Shown: piece after piece, positions 1 through 9,138 of the stretch | How positions within the stretch are numbered: position 1 is the first letter of the stretch | How the letters are laid out: each line of letters begins with the position of its first letter | DNA from: an uncultured Chlorobiaceae bacterium | GTDB taxonomy: Bacteria; Bacteroidota; Ignavibacteria; UBA10030; SZUA-254 | Length of the DNA: 64,000 nt | Direction of reading: 5' to 3' | Assembly (NCBI GenBank): GCA_964523395.1 | Contig: CAZFXS010000004.1 | Span: forward strand, 141,581 to 205,580 | Notes under the pieces: generated by a model | What the model was told of the DNA's origin: nothing | The model's database searches: none | The model's input: only the letters and a program-made list of their open reading frames with translations | Position numbers and translations under genes: made by a program

Positions 1-4
1 ACAG

Positions 5-2734
5 ATGGCATATAACCGCGTGTTCCGCGAATTCAGAACGTGGAAACGTTACCGCGGCGGACAGGCGGATGATATCTGGATCTATGATTTCACTACCAAA
101 AATATCACCAACATCACCAACAACCCCGCACAGGATATTATCCCGATGTGGAGCGGCAACAAAATCTATTTCGCCTCCGATCGCGATGAAATCAAGAAGA
201 TGAACCTCTACTCGTATGATCTTACAACGAAAGAAACAAAGAAACTAACAAATTTTACCGCATACGATGTGAAGTTCCCTTCACTTGGAAACAATGCGAT
301 CGTATTTGAAAACGGCGGTTACATTTACAAGCTTGATCTTGCCTCGGAACAAGCCATGAAAATCCCGATCTATATCCAGGAGGATTTAGCCATAGGCCGC
401 GGAGGATTAAGGGACGTCAGCAAAGAAGTGACAAACTTTGAAATTTCTCCTGATGGCAACCGTGCGCTTTTCGGCGCACGGGGGGATATTTTCACCGTGC
501 CGGCAAAATATGGCAACACGCGCAACCTGACCAACACGCCGGGGGTTCATGAACGCAACTCCAAATGGTCACCCGACGGGAAGTACATCGCGTATGTCAG
601 CGATGCTTCGGGAGAGGATGAAATCTGGATTGAACCGCAGGATGGAAACGGAACACCGGTGCAACTGACAAAGAACGGAGACACCTACAAGTTTCAGATT
701 GCGTGGTCACCCGACAGCAAGAAGATCATGTGGGCGGATAAAAAATTACGTCTGCAGTATGTAGACATCGATTCAAAATCGATAACGACCATCGCGCAAG
801 CAACGGCATTTGAGTTCAATGATTACAACTGGTCGCCTGACAGCAAGTGGATTACATACGCGAAGCCTGAAGAAAAAAGTATGATTACCGTTCAGCTTTA
901 TTCACTCGACAAAAAAGAAACGCATCAGGTAACCGATGGTTGGTTTGATTCTTATCAACCTACATTCAGTTCCGACGGTAAATATCTGTTCTTCGTTTCC
1001 GACAGAACATTTAATCCGACCTTCAACAACGTTGAATTGAACGCGAACTTCAATGACATGTCTGGTGTTTTTCTTGTTACTCTCTCAAAAGACACCAAAT
1101 CCCCCTTCGCGCCCAAAAGTGATGAAGTAAAAATCGCTGCTGCGAAAACAGAAGGGAAAAAAGAAGATGATAAAAAGAAGGATAAAGAAGAACCGAAATT
1201 GACGGTGAAAGTGGATGTGGCCGGACTTCAAAGCCGAATCACTTCTCTACCCATCGGGGCGGGGAATTACCGCAACCTGCAGTCTGTCGGCGATAAGCTC
1301 TATTATGTTCGCACAAGCGCGAAGGAAGATAAGGCCACACTTTATCTGTATGATCTTGACAAGCAGAAAGAAACTTCGCTCGGGAATTTCAACGGCTATG
1401 AAATATCTTCCGATACAAAAAAAATGTTAATCGGCGGTGACGGCAGTTATTATATCATTGATCTTCCGACAGGAAAGATCGATGCAAAGGACGCTTTGAA
1501 CCTGAGTGACATGAAAGTCAATCTTGACCGCCGCGCTGAATGGAACCAGATGTTCAACGAAAGCTGGCGCCAGATGCGTGACTTCTTCTTCGACCCGAAC
1601 ATGCATGGCGTTGACTGGCCGAAAATGAAAGCACGGTATGCGGAGCTTCTTCCCTATGTTTCTCACCGCGCCGATCTTACCTATATCATTGGTGAAATGA
1701 TCAGCGAAATAAGCGTCGGGCACGCGTATGTTGGTGGCGGAGATTATCCGAAAGCGGATCGTATTCAACAGGGGTTGCTCGGTGCGAAAATTGAACGCGA
1801 CGCGACCTCGAAATATTACCGCATCAAAAAAATTCTCAAAGGGCAAAACTGGGACAGAAGTGTCCGTTCACCATTAACGGAAATCGGTGTTGACGCGCGT
1901 GAAGGTGATTACATTATTGAGGTAAACGGTAACCCGACCAACGGTATGAACGATCTTTATGAAGCGCTTGTGAACACCGTGGGCAAACAGGTGACGCTTA
2001 CCCTGAATTCCGAACCGAAGAGCGCCGGAAGCCGTACCACTGTTGTGGTTCCCACAGGCGATGAACGCTCTCTCTATTACTATAACTGGGTTCAGGACAA
2101 TATTGATAAAGTTTCCAAAGCTACCGATGGTAAAGTCGGTTATTTACATATCCCCGATATGGGAACCGGCGGGCTTATTGAATTCACAAAATACTTTTAC
2201 CCTCAGCTCCGCAAGGAAGCGCTTATCGTCGACGTGCGCGGCAATGGCGGCGGATTTGTCTCGCCGATTATCATTGAACGCTTACAGCGCCAGCTTGCGA
2301 TGATCGACATCGCGCGCAATACCGCGGCAACGCTTGATCCCGCCGGCATGGTCCTCGGGCCAAAAGTTTTGCTCGCCGATGAATTTTCCGCATCCGACGG
2401 TGACATCGTTACGTACCGTTTCAAAAAATATAAACTCGGACCGGTCATTGGTAAACGCACGTGGGGCGGCGTGGTCGGCATCCGAGGATCGCTTCCGCTG
2501 CTTGACGGTGGTTTCCTGAACCGCCCCGAGTTTTCCAGATATGATACCGAAGGGACGTCCTGGATCATGGAAGGATACGGCGTAGATCCCGATATCTTTG
2601 TTGACAATGACCCGGATCGTGAGTTCAACGGCATCGATGACCAGTTGAACAAAGCAATCGAAGTCATTAAAGAAGAAATGAAAAAGAATCCGGTCAAATT
2701 GCCGCCTCCGCCGAAATATCCGGACAAACATTAA
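5..2734 (+). CDS. Tricorn-like protease (S41 family; PD40 propeller, PDZ, C-terminal catalytic domain), 5'-truncated by the window edge
   Basis: WSPDG/PD40 repeats; VGYLHIPDM, LIVDVRGNGGG, SASDGD and GKRTWGGVVG S41/tricorn motifs; frame is open to the window start. Confidence 0.93.
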   Translation: MAYNRVFREFRTWKRYRGGQADDIWIYDFTTKNITNITNNPAQDIIPMWSGNKIYFASDRDEIKKMNLYSYDLTTKETKKLTNFTAYDVKFPSLGNNAIVFENGGYIYKLDLASEQAMKIPIYIQEDLAIGRGGLRDVSKEVTNFEISPDGNRALFGARGDIFTVPAKYGNTRNLTNTPGVHERNSKWSPDGKYIAYVSDASGEDEIWIEPQDGNGTPVQLTKNGDTYKFQIAWSPDSKKIMWADKKLRLQYVDIDSKSITTIAQATAFEFNDYNWSPDSKWITYAKPEEKSMITVQLYSLDKKETHQVTDGWFDSYQPTFSSDGKYLFFVSDRTFNPTFNNVELNANFNDMSGVFLVTLSKDTKSPFAPKSDEVKIAAAKTEGKKEDDKKKDKEEPKLTVKVDVAGLQSRITSLPIGAGNYRNLQSVGDKLYYVRTSAKEDKATLYLYDLDKQKETSLGNFNGYEISSDTKKMLIGGDGSYYIIDLPTGKIDAKDALNLSDMKVNLDRRAEWNQMFNESWRQMRDFFFDPNMHGVDWPKMKARYAELLPYVSHRADLTYIIGEMISEISVGHAYVGGGDYPKADRIQQGLLGAKIERDATSKYYRIKKILKGQNWDRSVRSPLTEIGVDAREGDYIIEVNGNPTNGMNDLYEALVNTVGKQVTLTLNSEPKSAGSRTTVVVPTGDERSLYYYNWVQDNIDKVSKATDGKVGYLHIPDMGTGGLIEFTKYFYPQLRKEALIVDVRGNGGGFVSPIIIERLQRQLAMIDIARNTAATLDPAGMVLGPKVLLADEFSASDGDIVTYRFKKYKLGPVIGKRTWGGVVGIRGSLPLLDGGFLNRPEFSRYDTEGTSWIMEGYGVDPDIFVDNDPDREFNGIDDQLNKAIEVIKEEMKKNPVKLPPPPKYPDKH

Positions 2735-2759
2735 GCCTGTACGATCTATTTGCTACCGA

Positions 2760-2795
2760 GAGCCCCGCTCCTCCGAGCGGGGTTCTTTTTGTTTT
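2760..2795 (+). terminator. Rho-independent terminator
   Basis: GAGCCCCGCTC-CTCC-GAGCGGGGTTC followed by TTTTTGTTTT, 25 nt after the tricorn stop. Confidence 0.9.
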
Positions 2796-2816
2796 AGTGG
2801 AGCGGTATTTTTCCTG

Positions 2817-2845
2817 TTGAACCAGAACCAATATTTTACTACCTT
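2817..2845 (+). promoter_or_regulatory. Putative sigma70 promoter for the kinase locus
   Basis: TTGAAC-N17-TACCTT; same TTG...N17...TANNTT pattern as several other promoters in the window. Confidence 0.5.
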
Positions 2846-2940
2846 TCTACTCACAGAATTGAGCACTCCGTAATAATCACACGAGCTGTTCTGCTGTTTC
2901 TCGCTGAACTTAAGCAAAATATTATCAATGTATTTACTCT

Positions 2941-2982
2941 TTGAATGATTTCTTCATTGATTCAATGAAGAAATGAACAAAT
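2941..2982. repeat. Octamer-period palindromic array
   Basis: Perfect IR TTCTTCATTGA-T-TCAATGAAGAA (2950-2972); ends in AAATGAACAAAT, also at 5290-5301. Confidence 0.7.
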
Positions 2983-2994
2983 CACCCTATTACT

Positions 2995-3096
2995 ATGATC
3001 GGCACAACAATATCCCACTACAAAATTCTGGAAAAATTGGGCGAAGGCGGACCTGACCGCCGAAGCAGTGCACCTTATTGGAAAGTAACATTATGA
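2995..3096 (+). CDS. 33-aa uORF or kinase 5' relic (MIGTTISHYKILEKLGEGGPDRRSSAPYWKVTL); stop overlaps the kinase ATG
   Basis: First 19 codons encode 18/19 residues identical to the downstream kinase N-terminus; ATGA overlap at 3093-3096. Confidence 0.6.
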   Translation: MIGTTISHYKILEKLGEGGPDRRSSAPYWKVTL

Positions 3097-5222
3097 TTGG
3101 CAGCACGATTTCTCATTATAAGATACTCGAGAAGCTCGGCGAAGGCGGCATGGGCATTGTGTACAAGGCCCAGGACCTGACCTTAGACCGAATGGTCGCA
3201 CTTAAATTTCTTCCACCTCATCTTTCAGCATCGGAAGAAAACAAAGCCCGCTTCATGCGCGAAGCGAAAGCAGCCGCGGCGCTCAATCACCCGAATATTC
3301 TCGGCGTCTACGAAATTGATGAGCAAGATGGTACGCTTTTCTTCTCCATGGAATACGTGGAAGGAAAAACACTGAAGGCCCACATTGCCAGTCTGAAATC
3401 GGGATCCGGTATCCCCTTCGATGACGCAATCAGATGGACAAAACAAATTGCTCACGGATTAAAATCCGCTCACGACAAAAATATTATTCACCGCGATATC
3501 AAACCCGAGAATGTGATGCTGACGAAAGACGGGCAGCTTAAAATCATGGACTTCGGCATCGCGAAACTTACCGGAAGCACCGGTGTGACGAAAACCGGTG
3601 TTTCTATCGGTACGCTCGCGTACATGTCGCCGGAACAGGCGCAGGGCATTGCCGCCGACCACCGTTCCGATATCTGGTCGCTTGGTGTAATATTGTATGA
3701 AATGCTCACCGGCGAAGTCCCGTTCAGAGCGGAACATGAAGCAGGGTTGCTTTACCTCATTGTGAATGAAAATCCTCCTCTTCCGAGCGCGATGGATAAG
3801 AAAATCCCGCGCCAGATTGATTCGGCGGTCATGAAAATGCTCGAAAAAGACCGTGAAAAGAGATTTGGTACAACGGAAGATGTCATCATCAGCCTCGACC
3901 AGGTCCGCAAAGAAATTGAAGCGGCTGCCTCCGGGCCAAAGACTAAAAGCGTGGCAGTTCTTCCCTTCGGCAACATCAGTCCCGACAAGGAAAGCGATTA
4001 CTTCGGCGACGGGTTAACCGAAGAACTCATTGTCAACTTATCCAAACTGAAGGAAATCCGCGTTGTACCGCGCGCGACATCCATGCAATACCGCGGTTCA
4101 AACAAAGACGTAAAAACCATCGGACGGGAACTCGGCACACGGTACATCCTTTCCGGCAACGTGCGCAAGTTTCAGGATAATCTACGCATCAGCGTCGAAC
4201 TCATAGACAATGAAACGGAAGAACAAATCTGGGCGGAAACATATAAAGGAAAACTTGCCGATGTTTTTGATATTCAGGAACAGGTATCGAAGCAAATCGT
4301 CGAAGCATTAATGGTAAAATTATCGCCCAAGGAAAAAATCGTACTGACGAAACGTTCGACAGATAATCCTGAGGCATTTGATTGTTACCTGCGGGCAAGG
4401 GATTTCCTGTATAAACTTACAAAGAACAATGTGCAGTTCTCCATCCAGCTGTTCCAGCGCGCAATAGAACTGGATAACCGCTACGCTGTTGCATACGCTG
4501 GACTTGGCGAGGCATACGCGACGATGTATAATTATTTTGAATCGAGCGAAAGCTTACTCGACAAAGCGATTGAAGCAAGCTTGAAGGCGTTGATGTATGA
4601 TTCGACGCTATCGGAGGCGTACGCTGCGCTTGGTCTCGCGTACTTTGACAGGAAAGAACTGGATGAAGCGGTTACGGCTACTCAAAAGGCAATAGAGCTC
4701 GATCCAAACAATTATATTGCCTACTGGATCCTGGGGCGTATCTATCATTCCACCGACCGCGACATCGAAGCGGCTGATCTGTTCAAGAAAACTATAGAGT
4801 TGAATGAATCTTTTTATTCGGCATTGAACGACCTTCTCAACGTGTACGAACGTCTGGGCGACAAGGTGAAATGGATGGAAACCATGGATTCGCTGCTAAA
4901 ATTCTTTCCTGTCTATCTTTCTCAACATCCTGATGACGCTCGCGGGCAAATGTATTACGCCATCCATCTTGCCGCGGCAGGAAGAAAAGAAGAAGCAAAG
5001 ATCCAGGGTGCGAAAGCTCTGGAATTAAATCCCGGCGATTCACTTATGATGTACAACGCCGCGTGCATGTATGCGCGTCTTGGTGAAACCAAACTTGCGG
5101 CGAAAACACTTAAGGATGCCGTTGCCGCAGGGCAGGAAGATTTTGAATGGATTAAGAGAGATTCGGATCTCGATTCAATCCGTAACGAACCCGATTACAT
5201 TGAAATGATGGAAGGGAGATAG
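3093..5222 (+). CDS. Hanks-type Ser/Thr protein kinase with TolB-like domain and TPR repeats
   Basis: LGEGGMG, VALK, HRDIKPEN, DFG, YMSPEQ; SVAVLPFGNIS...DGLTEELI domain; TPR helices. ATG 3093 preferred over the TTG at 3078. Confidence 0.93.
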   Translation: MIGSTISHYKILEKLGEGGMGIVYKAQDLTLDRMVALKFLPPHLSASEENKARFMREAKAAAALNHPNILGVYEIDEQDGTLFFSMEYVEGKTLKAHIASLKSGSGIPFDDAIRWTKQIAHGLKSAHDKNIIHRDIKPENVMLTKDGQLKIMDFGIAKLTGSTGVTKTGVSIGTLAYMSPEQAQGIAADHRSDIWSLGVILYEMLTGEVPFRAEHEAGLLYLIVNENPPLPSAMDKKIPRQIDSAVMKMLEKDREKRFGTTEDVIISLDQVRKEIEAAASGPKTKSVAVLPFGNISPDKESDYFGDGLTEELIVNLSKLKEIRVVPRATSMQYRGSNKDVKTIGRELGTRYILSGNVRKFQDNLRISVELIDNETEEQIWAETYKGKLADVFDIQEQVSKQIVEALMVKLSPKEKIVLTKRSTDNPEAFDCYLRARDFLYKLTKNNVQFSIQLFQRAIELDNRYAVAYAGLGEAYATMYNYFESSESLLDKAIEASLKALMYDSTLSEAYAALGLAYFDRKELDEAVTATQKAIELDPNNYIAYWILGRIYHSTDRDIEAADLFKKTIELNESFYSALNDLLNVYERLGDKVKWMETMDSLLKFFPVYLSQHPDDARGQMYYAIHLAAAGRKEEAKIQGAKALELNPGDSLMMYNAACMYARLGETKLAAKTLKDAVAAGQEDFEWIKRDSDLDSIRNEPDYIEMMEGR

Positions 5223-5233
5223 GAGGATTTGCA

Positions 5234-5301
5234 CATTGAATCATGTATTCATTGAATCATTGGAAAAGCTTTTCAATGTAACAATGATTAAATGAACAAA
5301 T
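5234..5301. repeat. Inverted pair of octamer arrays between convergent genes (possible terminator)
   Basis: CATTGAAT CATGTATT CATTGAAT CATTG, central palindrome AAAAGCTTTT, then CAATGTAA CAATGATT AAATGAAC. Confidence 0.7.
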
Positions 5302-5306
5302 AACTC

Positions 5307-5792
5307 TCATTCTTCCGCCATCGCCTCCAGCAACACAATGTTGAATGACCGGTACACATCGATACCGGCGAAAATAATTCCAACAAACACGCCGACCATT
5401 CCTGTAAGAAACAGCACCAGCGGAAGAACTCCCGCAAACACCACTCCGCTTACAAGGCTTAACCCGATACTTACCGAGGTAAGAACGAACAAAGCAATCG
5501 AAGACTGCATCGCGAGTATCGCGTTGCGTACGATTCGGCTGCGGACAAGTAGTTCCTCCGTTTGTTTCCGTATGTTCATGAATCTCGCGTTGTCGGTATA
5601 ATTAAGGTCGTGCTCTTCGCCAAGTTGTTTGGTCAGCTTCCGCTTTTCATCGTTCAGTAATCTGATGCGATTGATGATGGCGGAGTACCTGTTGCTCATC
5701 CCGAGCAGAAGCAGTCCCACCGCCGAAATGCCCACGGCAGGCGCCAAAATCGCCTGAATTGCCTGAATTGCCGTTACTGAGATCTGTTCCAT
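5307..5792 (-). CDS. DUF2721-like membrane protein
   Basis: ILAPAV.ISA.GLLLL...NRY..IINRIR N-terminus and three hydrophobic segments. Confidence 0.75.
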   Translation of the reverse strand: MEQISVTAIQAIQAILAPAVGISAVGLLLLGMSNRYSAIINRIRLLNDEKRKLTKQLGEEHDLNYTDNARFMNIRKQTEELLVRSRIVRNAILAMQSSIALFVLTSVSIGLSLVSGVVFAGVLPLVLFLTGMVGVFVGIIFAGIDVYRSFNIVLLEAMAEE

Positions 5793-5897
5793 TGTTTACT
5801 TCCTGATTAACTTGCATCCAATCTAAATATTTCCATATTATTTACAAAGGAAGGAATTGAGTCATCGAGCCATTGAATCAATGAGTAAATTCTAATT

Positions 5898-6245
5898 ATG
5901 CCTCAACCCGGATATACACTATCTTCTCTCGTCGAAAATGCTGACCACCTCCGGCAGCTTCCCAAATCGAGTTTACAACCGGGCACATGGGTATTTGTGA
6001 AAACTGCAAACTCGGTGTACACAGTTCATATTCTTCAGGATGGCTTCTGCAAAGTGTCGGGAGGATGGTTCGACCGCAAAGGACTTTCACCGGCCACGAC
6101 ACGTATCAGCGGATGCACGTGGGGTGGAAGCACGATTAAAATCGATATCGCAGCAGCGTGCGGGCTCTGCATGGAGTTCGGCAACCGTCTCGTTACAACA
6201 CCCATTCAGAAAATTGTTGTTCTTCCCGGGGGATGTGAGAATTAG
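5898..6245 (+). CDS. Hypothetical protein (115 aa, beta-rich)
   Basis: ATG-started ORF filling the gap; candidate promoter TTGCAT-N18-TATTAT at 5812-5841; family not recognised. Confidence 0.6.
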   Translation: MPQPGYTLSSLVENADHLRQLPKSSLQPGTWVFVKTANSVYTVHILQDGFCKVSGGWFDRKGLSPATTRISGCTWGGSTIKIDIAAACGLCMEFGNRLVTTPIQKIVVLPGGCEN

Positions 6246-6248
6246 GAG

Positions 6249-6326
6249 AGCATTGAGACATTGATTCATTTGTTCATTGGTTCATTTTCTAATGTCCAAA
6301 TGATTCGATGAATCAATGATTCAATT
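6249..6326. repeat. Inverted pair of octamer arrays
   Basis: CATTGAGA CATTGATT CATTTGTT CATTGGTT CATT...CAAATGAT TCGATGAA TCAATGAT TCAAT. Confidence 0.7.
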
Positions 6327-6335
6327 TTAAAAGCG

Positions 6336-7535
6336 ATGATCTCCCCCGACCTTTCTTCACCTCAAAAAAACACTCTCATTCTTCCCGTAATTGTCCTCTC
6401 TCAGTTCGCCGGTACTTCTCTCTGGTTTGCTGTCAATGCTATTCTTCCCGATTTACAACACGACTGGAACTTGCCCGCCGATGCTGTCGGCAACATGACT
6501 TCGGCGATTCAACTCGGATTTATTACCGGGACATTGCTCTTCGCGTTTCTGAACATTGCCGACCGCTTTTCTCCGCGGAAAATATTTTTGATTTGTTCTC
6601 TTGCCGGATCAGTAAGCAATCTCCTGATCTACGGTATCGCGCATGACCTGACAACGCTCCTGTTCCTTCGTTTCCTTACCGGCATTGCTCTGGCAGGCAT
6701 TTATCCGGTTGGAATGAAGATAGCGGCAGGATGGTACAAAGTCGGACTCGGAAACGCGCTCGGTTTTCTTGTCGGGGCATTGGTGTTGGGCACTTCGTTT
6801 CCTCATTTTCTGCGGAGCTTTGAGTCGGATGTTCATTGGGAAACAGTGATCGTCACTATTTCAATGATATCTGCCGCAGGCGGCGCATTAATGTGGCTCT
6901 TTGTGCCCGACGGGCCGTTCTTGACGAAGGGAACTTCATTTAACCCGAAGGCGCTGGCAGTGATTTTCCGGTCACGCGATTTGCGCGCGGCGGCGTTCGG
7001 ATATTTCGGACATATGTGGGAGCTCTACACGTTCTATGCGTTCGTGCCGTTTATGCTCTCGGCATATCTGGCAATGCATCCGGAAGTGAATTTTAATATT
7101 TCGTTTTGGTCATTTTGCATAATCGCCGCGGGAAGCATCGGTTGCGCAGTTGGCGGAGTGATTTCTCAGCGTACCGGTAGTGCCCGTGTCGCGTTTATCC
7201 AGTTGCTCGGCTCCGGATTATTATGTCTCTTTTCCCCCCTGCTCCTCCACTCCCCATCACCGGTGTTTCTTTCTCTCTTTATTGCCTGGGGTGCTCTCGT
7301 TGTTGGCGACTCCCCTCAATTCTCCGCTCTGATCGCCCGCTACGCACCGAAAGAGCTTGTCGGCTCTGCGCTCACGATCGGCAACTCCATTGGGTTCAGT
7401 ATTACGATTGTGAGTATACAGACGATTTCGTATCTGATGAAATTTGTTCCGGCTGAGTATCTGTTTATGTTTCTTGCGGTTGGACCGTTGGTTGGGTTGA
7501 TTTCTTTTTCTCCGTTACTCAAAAACGAACACTGA
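6336..7535 (+). CDS. MFS transporter
   Basis: About 12 hydrophobic segments; IADRFSPR loop motif; RFLTG..LAGIYP. Confidence 0.9.
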   Translation: MISPDLSSPQKNTLILPVIVLSQFAGTSLWFAVNAILPDLQHDWNLPADAVGNMTSAIQLGFITGTLLFAFLNIADRFSPRKIFLICSLAGSVSNLLIYGIAHDLTTLLFLRFLTGIALAGIYPVGMKIAAGWYKVGLGNALGFLVGALVLGTSFPHFLRSFESDVHWETVIVTISMISAAGGALMWLFVPDGPFLTKGTSFNPKALAVIFRSRDLRAAAFGYFGHMWELYTFYAFVPFMLSAYLAMHPEVNFNISFWSFCIIAAGSIGCAVGGVISQRTGSARVAFIQLLGSGLLCLFSPLLLHSPSPVFLSLFIAWGALVVGDSPQFSALIARYAPKELVGSALTIGNSIGFSITIVSIQTISYLMKFVPAEYLFMFLAVGPLVGLISFSPLLKNEH

Positions 7536-7662
7536 TATATCGGTAGAACTATTTACTTGCGTTATCATGGATTTCGTGTATATTTAGACGAATTAAAAGC
7601 TATATTCAAAAGTATTTCACTTTCTTTCGGATATGCTCGAACTAACATCAGGAATTATCTGA

Positions 7663-8292
7663 ATGATTAAGTTTCGTTTTGTTTGGTTCTGGGGTAAAAT
7701 ATTTGGATATCTTGATTGCCACAAAGAGCGATTTGAATTGTTCTTGATCGCCGGCACAATAATAATGGGAGTACTCGTCTATCGAGAAACTAAAAACCAG
7801 GTCCAAGAAATGCGAGATGCTTTAAACTTTCAAAAGAACATCATCTCAGCAGATATTAACTTCGAAATTCTTGGTACACGGGATACCTCATATAAGTCTG
7901 GTTACGTCCAGGAAGAATGGCTTAAACTTCGGCTTAGTAATGATGGACAATCCCCTGCTCGCAACGTTAACTATTCCAATGTAGTTGTCGTACCCGCAAG
8001 AGGAGCTATGGATTTCACTATGGAGGAGATTGCTCAATGCAGACTAAATAAGCCTCCGTTCAAATATACTCTTGGTTCCAAGAGTACAATGGAAATTGAA
8101 ATGCTCAACTATTCAGAAGTCATAGAGTCTGCAAAATTTGGGGATACTAACAATGCTCAATTTGATGTTATGTTTTGTGGAATAATTACTTATTCAGATG
8201 TCGTTGGCGAAGCCCATGAGATTACCTTCTGTGGACTTTATAATGCTAATAGGAAACCAGTTTTTATCGGTGAATGTAACACCCGTAAATAG
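7663..8292 (+). CDS. Hypothetical protein with one N-terminal TM segment, AT-rich
   Basis: 209-aa ORF with AGGA upstream; hydrophobic LFLIAGTIIMGVLVY; visibly more AT-rich than neighbours. Confidence 0.65.
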   Translation: MIKFRFVWFWGKIFGYLDCHKERFELFLIAGTIIMGVLVYRETKNQVQEMRDALNFQKNIISADINFEILGTRDTSYKSGYVQEEWLKLRLSNDGQSPARNVNYSNVVVVPARGAMDFTMEEIAQCRLNKPPFKYTLGSKSTMEIEMLNYSEVIESAKFGDTNNAQFDVMFCGIITYSDVVGEAHEITFCGLYNANRKPVFIGECNTRK

Positions 8293-8379
8293 AAAAAATT
8301 TTTTCTTAATAACTGCTGAATTCATTCCACAAACATCAATTTCTATATAAGAATTAGCAAAAAACGAGGTTTTATTGAT

Positions 8380-8419
8380 GTAAAGTATGCTTGACTTTTA
8401 GTAAAGCATGCTGTATATT
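8380..8419 (+). promoter_or_regulatory. Sigma70 promoter overlapped by two candidate XRE operator sites
   Basis: TTGACT(8391)-N17-TATATT(8414); GTAAAGTATGCTTGAC (8380) and GTAAAGCATGCTGTAT (8401), 21 bp apart. Confidence 0.7.
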
Positions 8420-8461
8420 CCTTGTGTCATTACATTCATCACTAACACAAGGAATCGCACC

Positions 8462-8857
8462 ATGAAAACAACACCGAAGAAACGCAGTATCTCCGCCGCG
8501 CTGGTGAGCGGCATACTTTTTTTCCTCCTTTATTTTACCGCGCGGGCGTTCCTTGAATCGCCCGACATGAGTCCAACCAACAAAGTCCTGATCGCGCTTA
8601 TGCCCGTGCCGGTGTTCGCGGTATTTCTCTGGACGTTCATCAAAGAACTCCGCGGCGCGGATGAGCTGCACCGCCGTGTTCACCTCGAAGCGCTCGCCGT
8701 CGCGTTCCCGCTTACGTTATTACTGCTGATGATCCTCGGGCTCCTCCAGCGCGCCATCGAACTGCCGTTCGAAGACTGGAGCTACCTGCACGTGTGGCAG
8801 TTTCTCCCAATCTTTTATTTTGGCGGGCTGGCGCTGGCATGGAGGCGCTACAAATGA
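8462..8857 (+). CDS. Small multi-pass membrane protein coupled to an XRE regulator
   Basis: ATG 8462 with AAGGA upstream; four hydrophobic segments; ATGA overlap with the next gene. Confidence 0.8.
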   Translation: MKTTPKKRSISAALVSGILFFLLYFTARAFLESPDMSPTNKVLIALMPVPVFAVFLWTFIKELRGADELHRRVHLEALAVAFPLTLLLLMILGLLQRAIELPFEDWSYLHVWQFLPIFYFGGLALAWRRYK

Positions 8858-9060
8858 AAAACCGGTTGCGCGTCCTCCGCGCCGAAAAGAACTGGTCGCA
8901 GGCCGACCTCGCCGACAAGCTCGAGGTCTCACGCCAGACCATCAACTCCATCGAAACGGAAAAATACGAACCGAGCTTGAGCCTGGCTTTTAAAGTCGCT
9001 GCGTTGTTTGGAATGACGATCGAAGAGATTTTCCAGGCTGACGGGAAAGAAGGCACATGA
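8854..9060 (+). CDS. XRE-family helix-turn-helix transcriptional regulator
   Basis: MKNRLRVLRAEKNWSQADLADKLEVSRQTINSIETEKYEPSL; GGAGG upstream. Confidence 0.93.
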   Translation: MKNRLRVLRAEKNWSQADLADKLEVSRQTINSIETEKYEPSLSLAFKVAALFGMTIEEIFQADGKEGT

Positions 9061-9075
9061 TGGCTCTTATAAATA

Positions 9076-9138
9076 TCACCACAGAGACTCAGAGAACACA
9101 GAGTAATTTTCTCTGCAGACTTTGCGTCTCAGCGGTGA
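9076..9138. repeat. Nonamer-period imperfect inverted repeat
   Basis: TCACCACAGAGACTCAGAGAACACAGAG, 7-nt spacer, reverse copy (20/28 match); third arm at 22812-22839. Confidence 0.7.
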
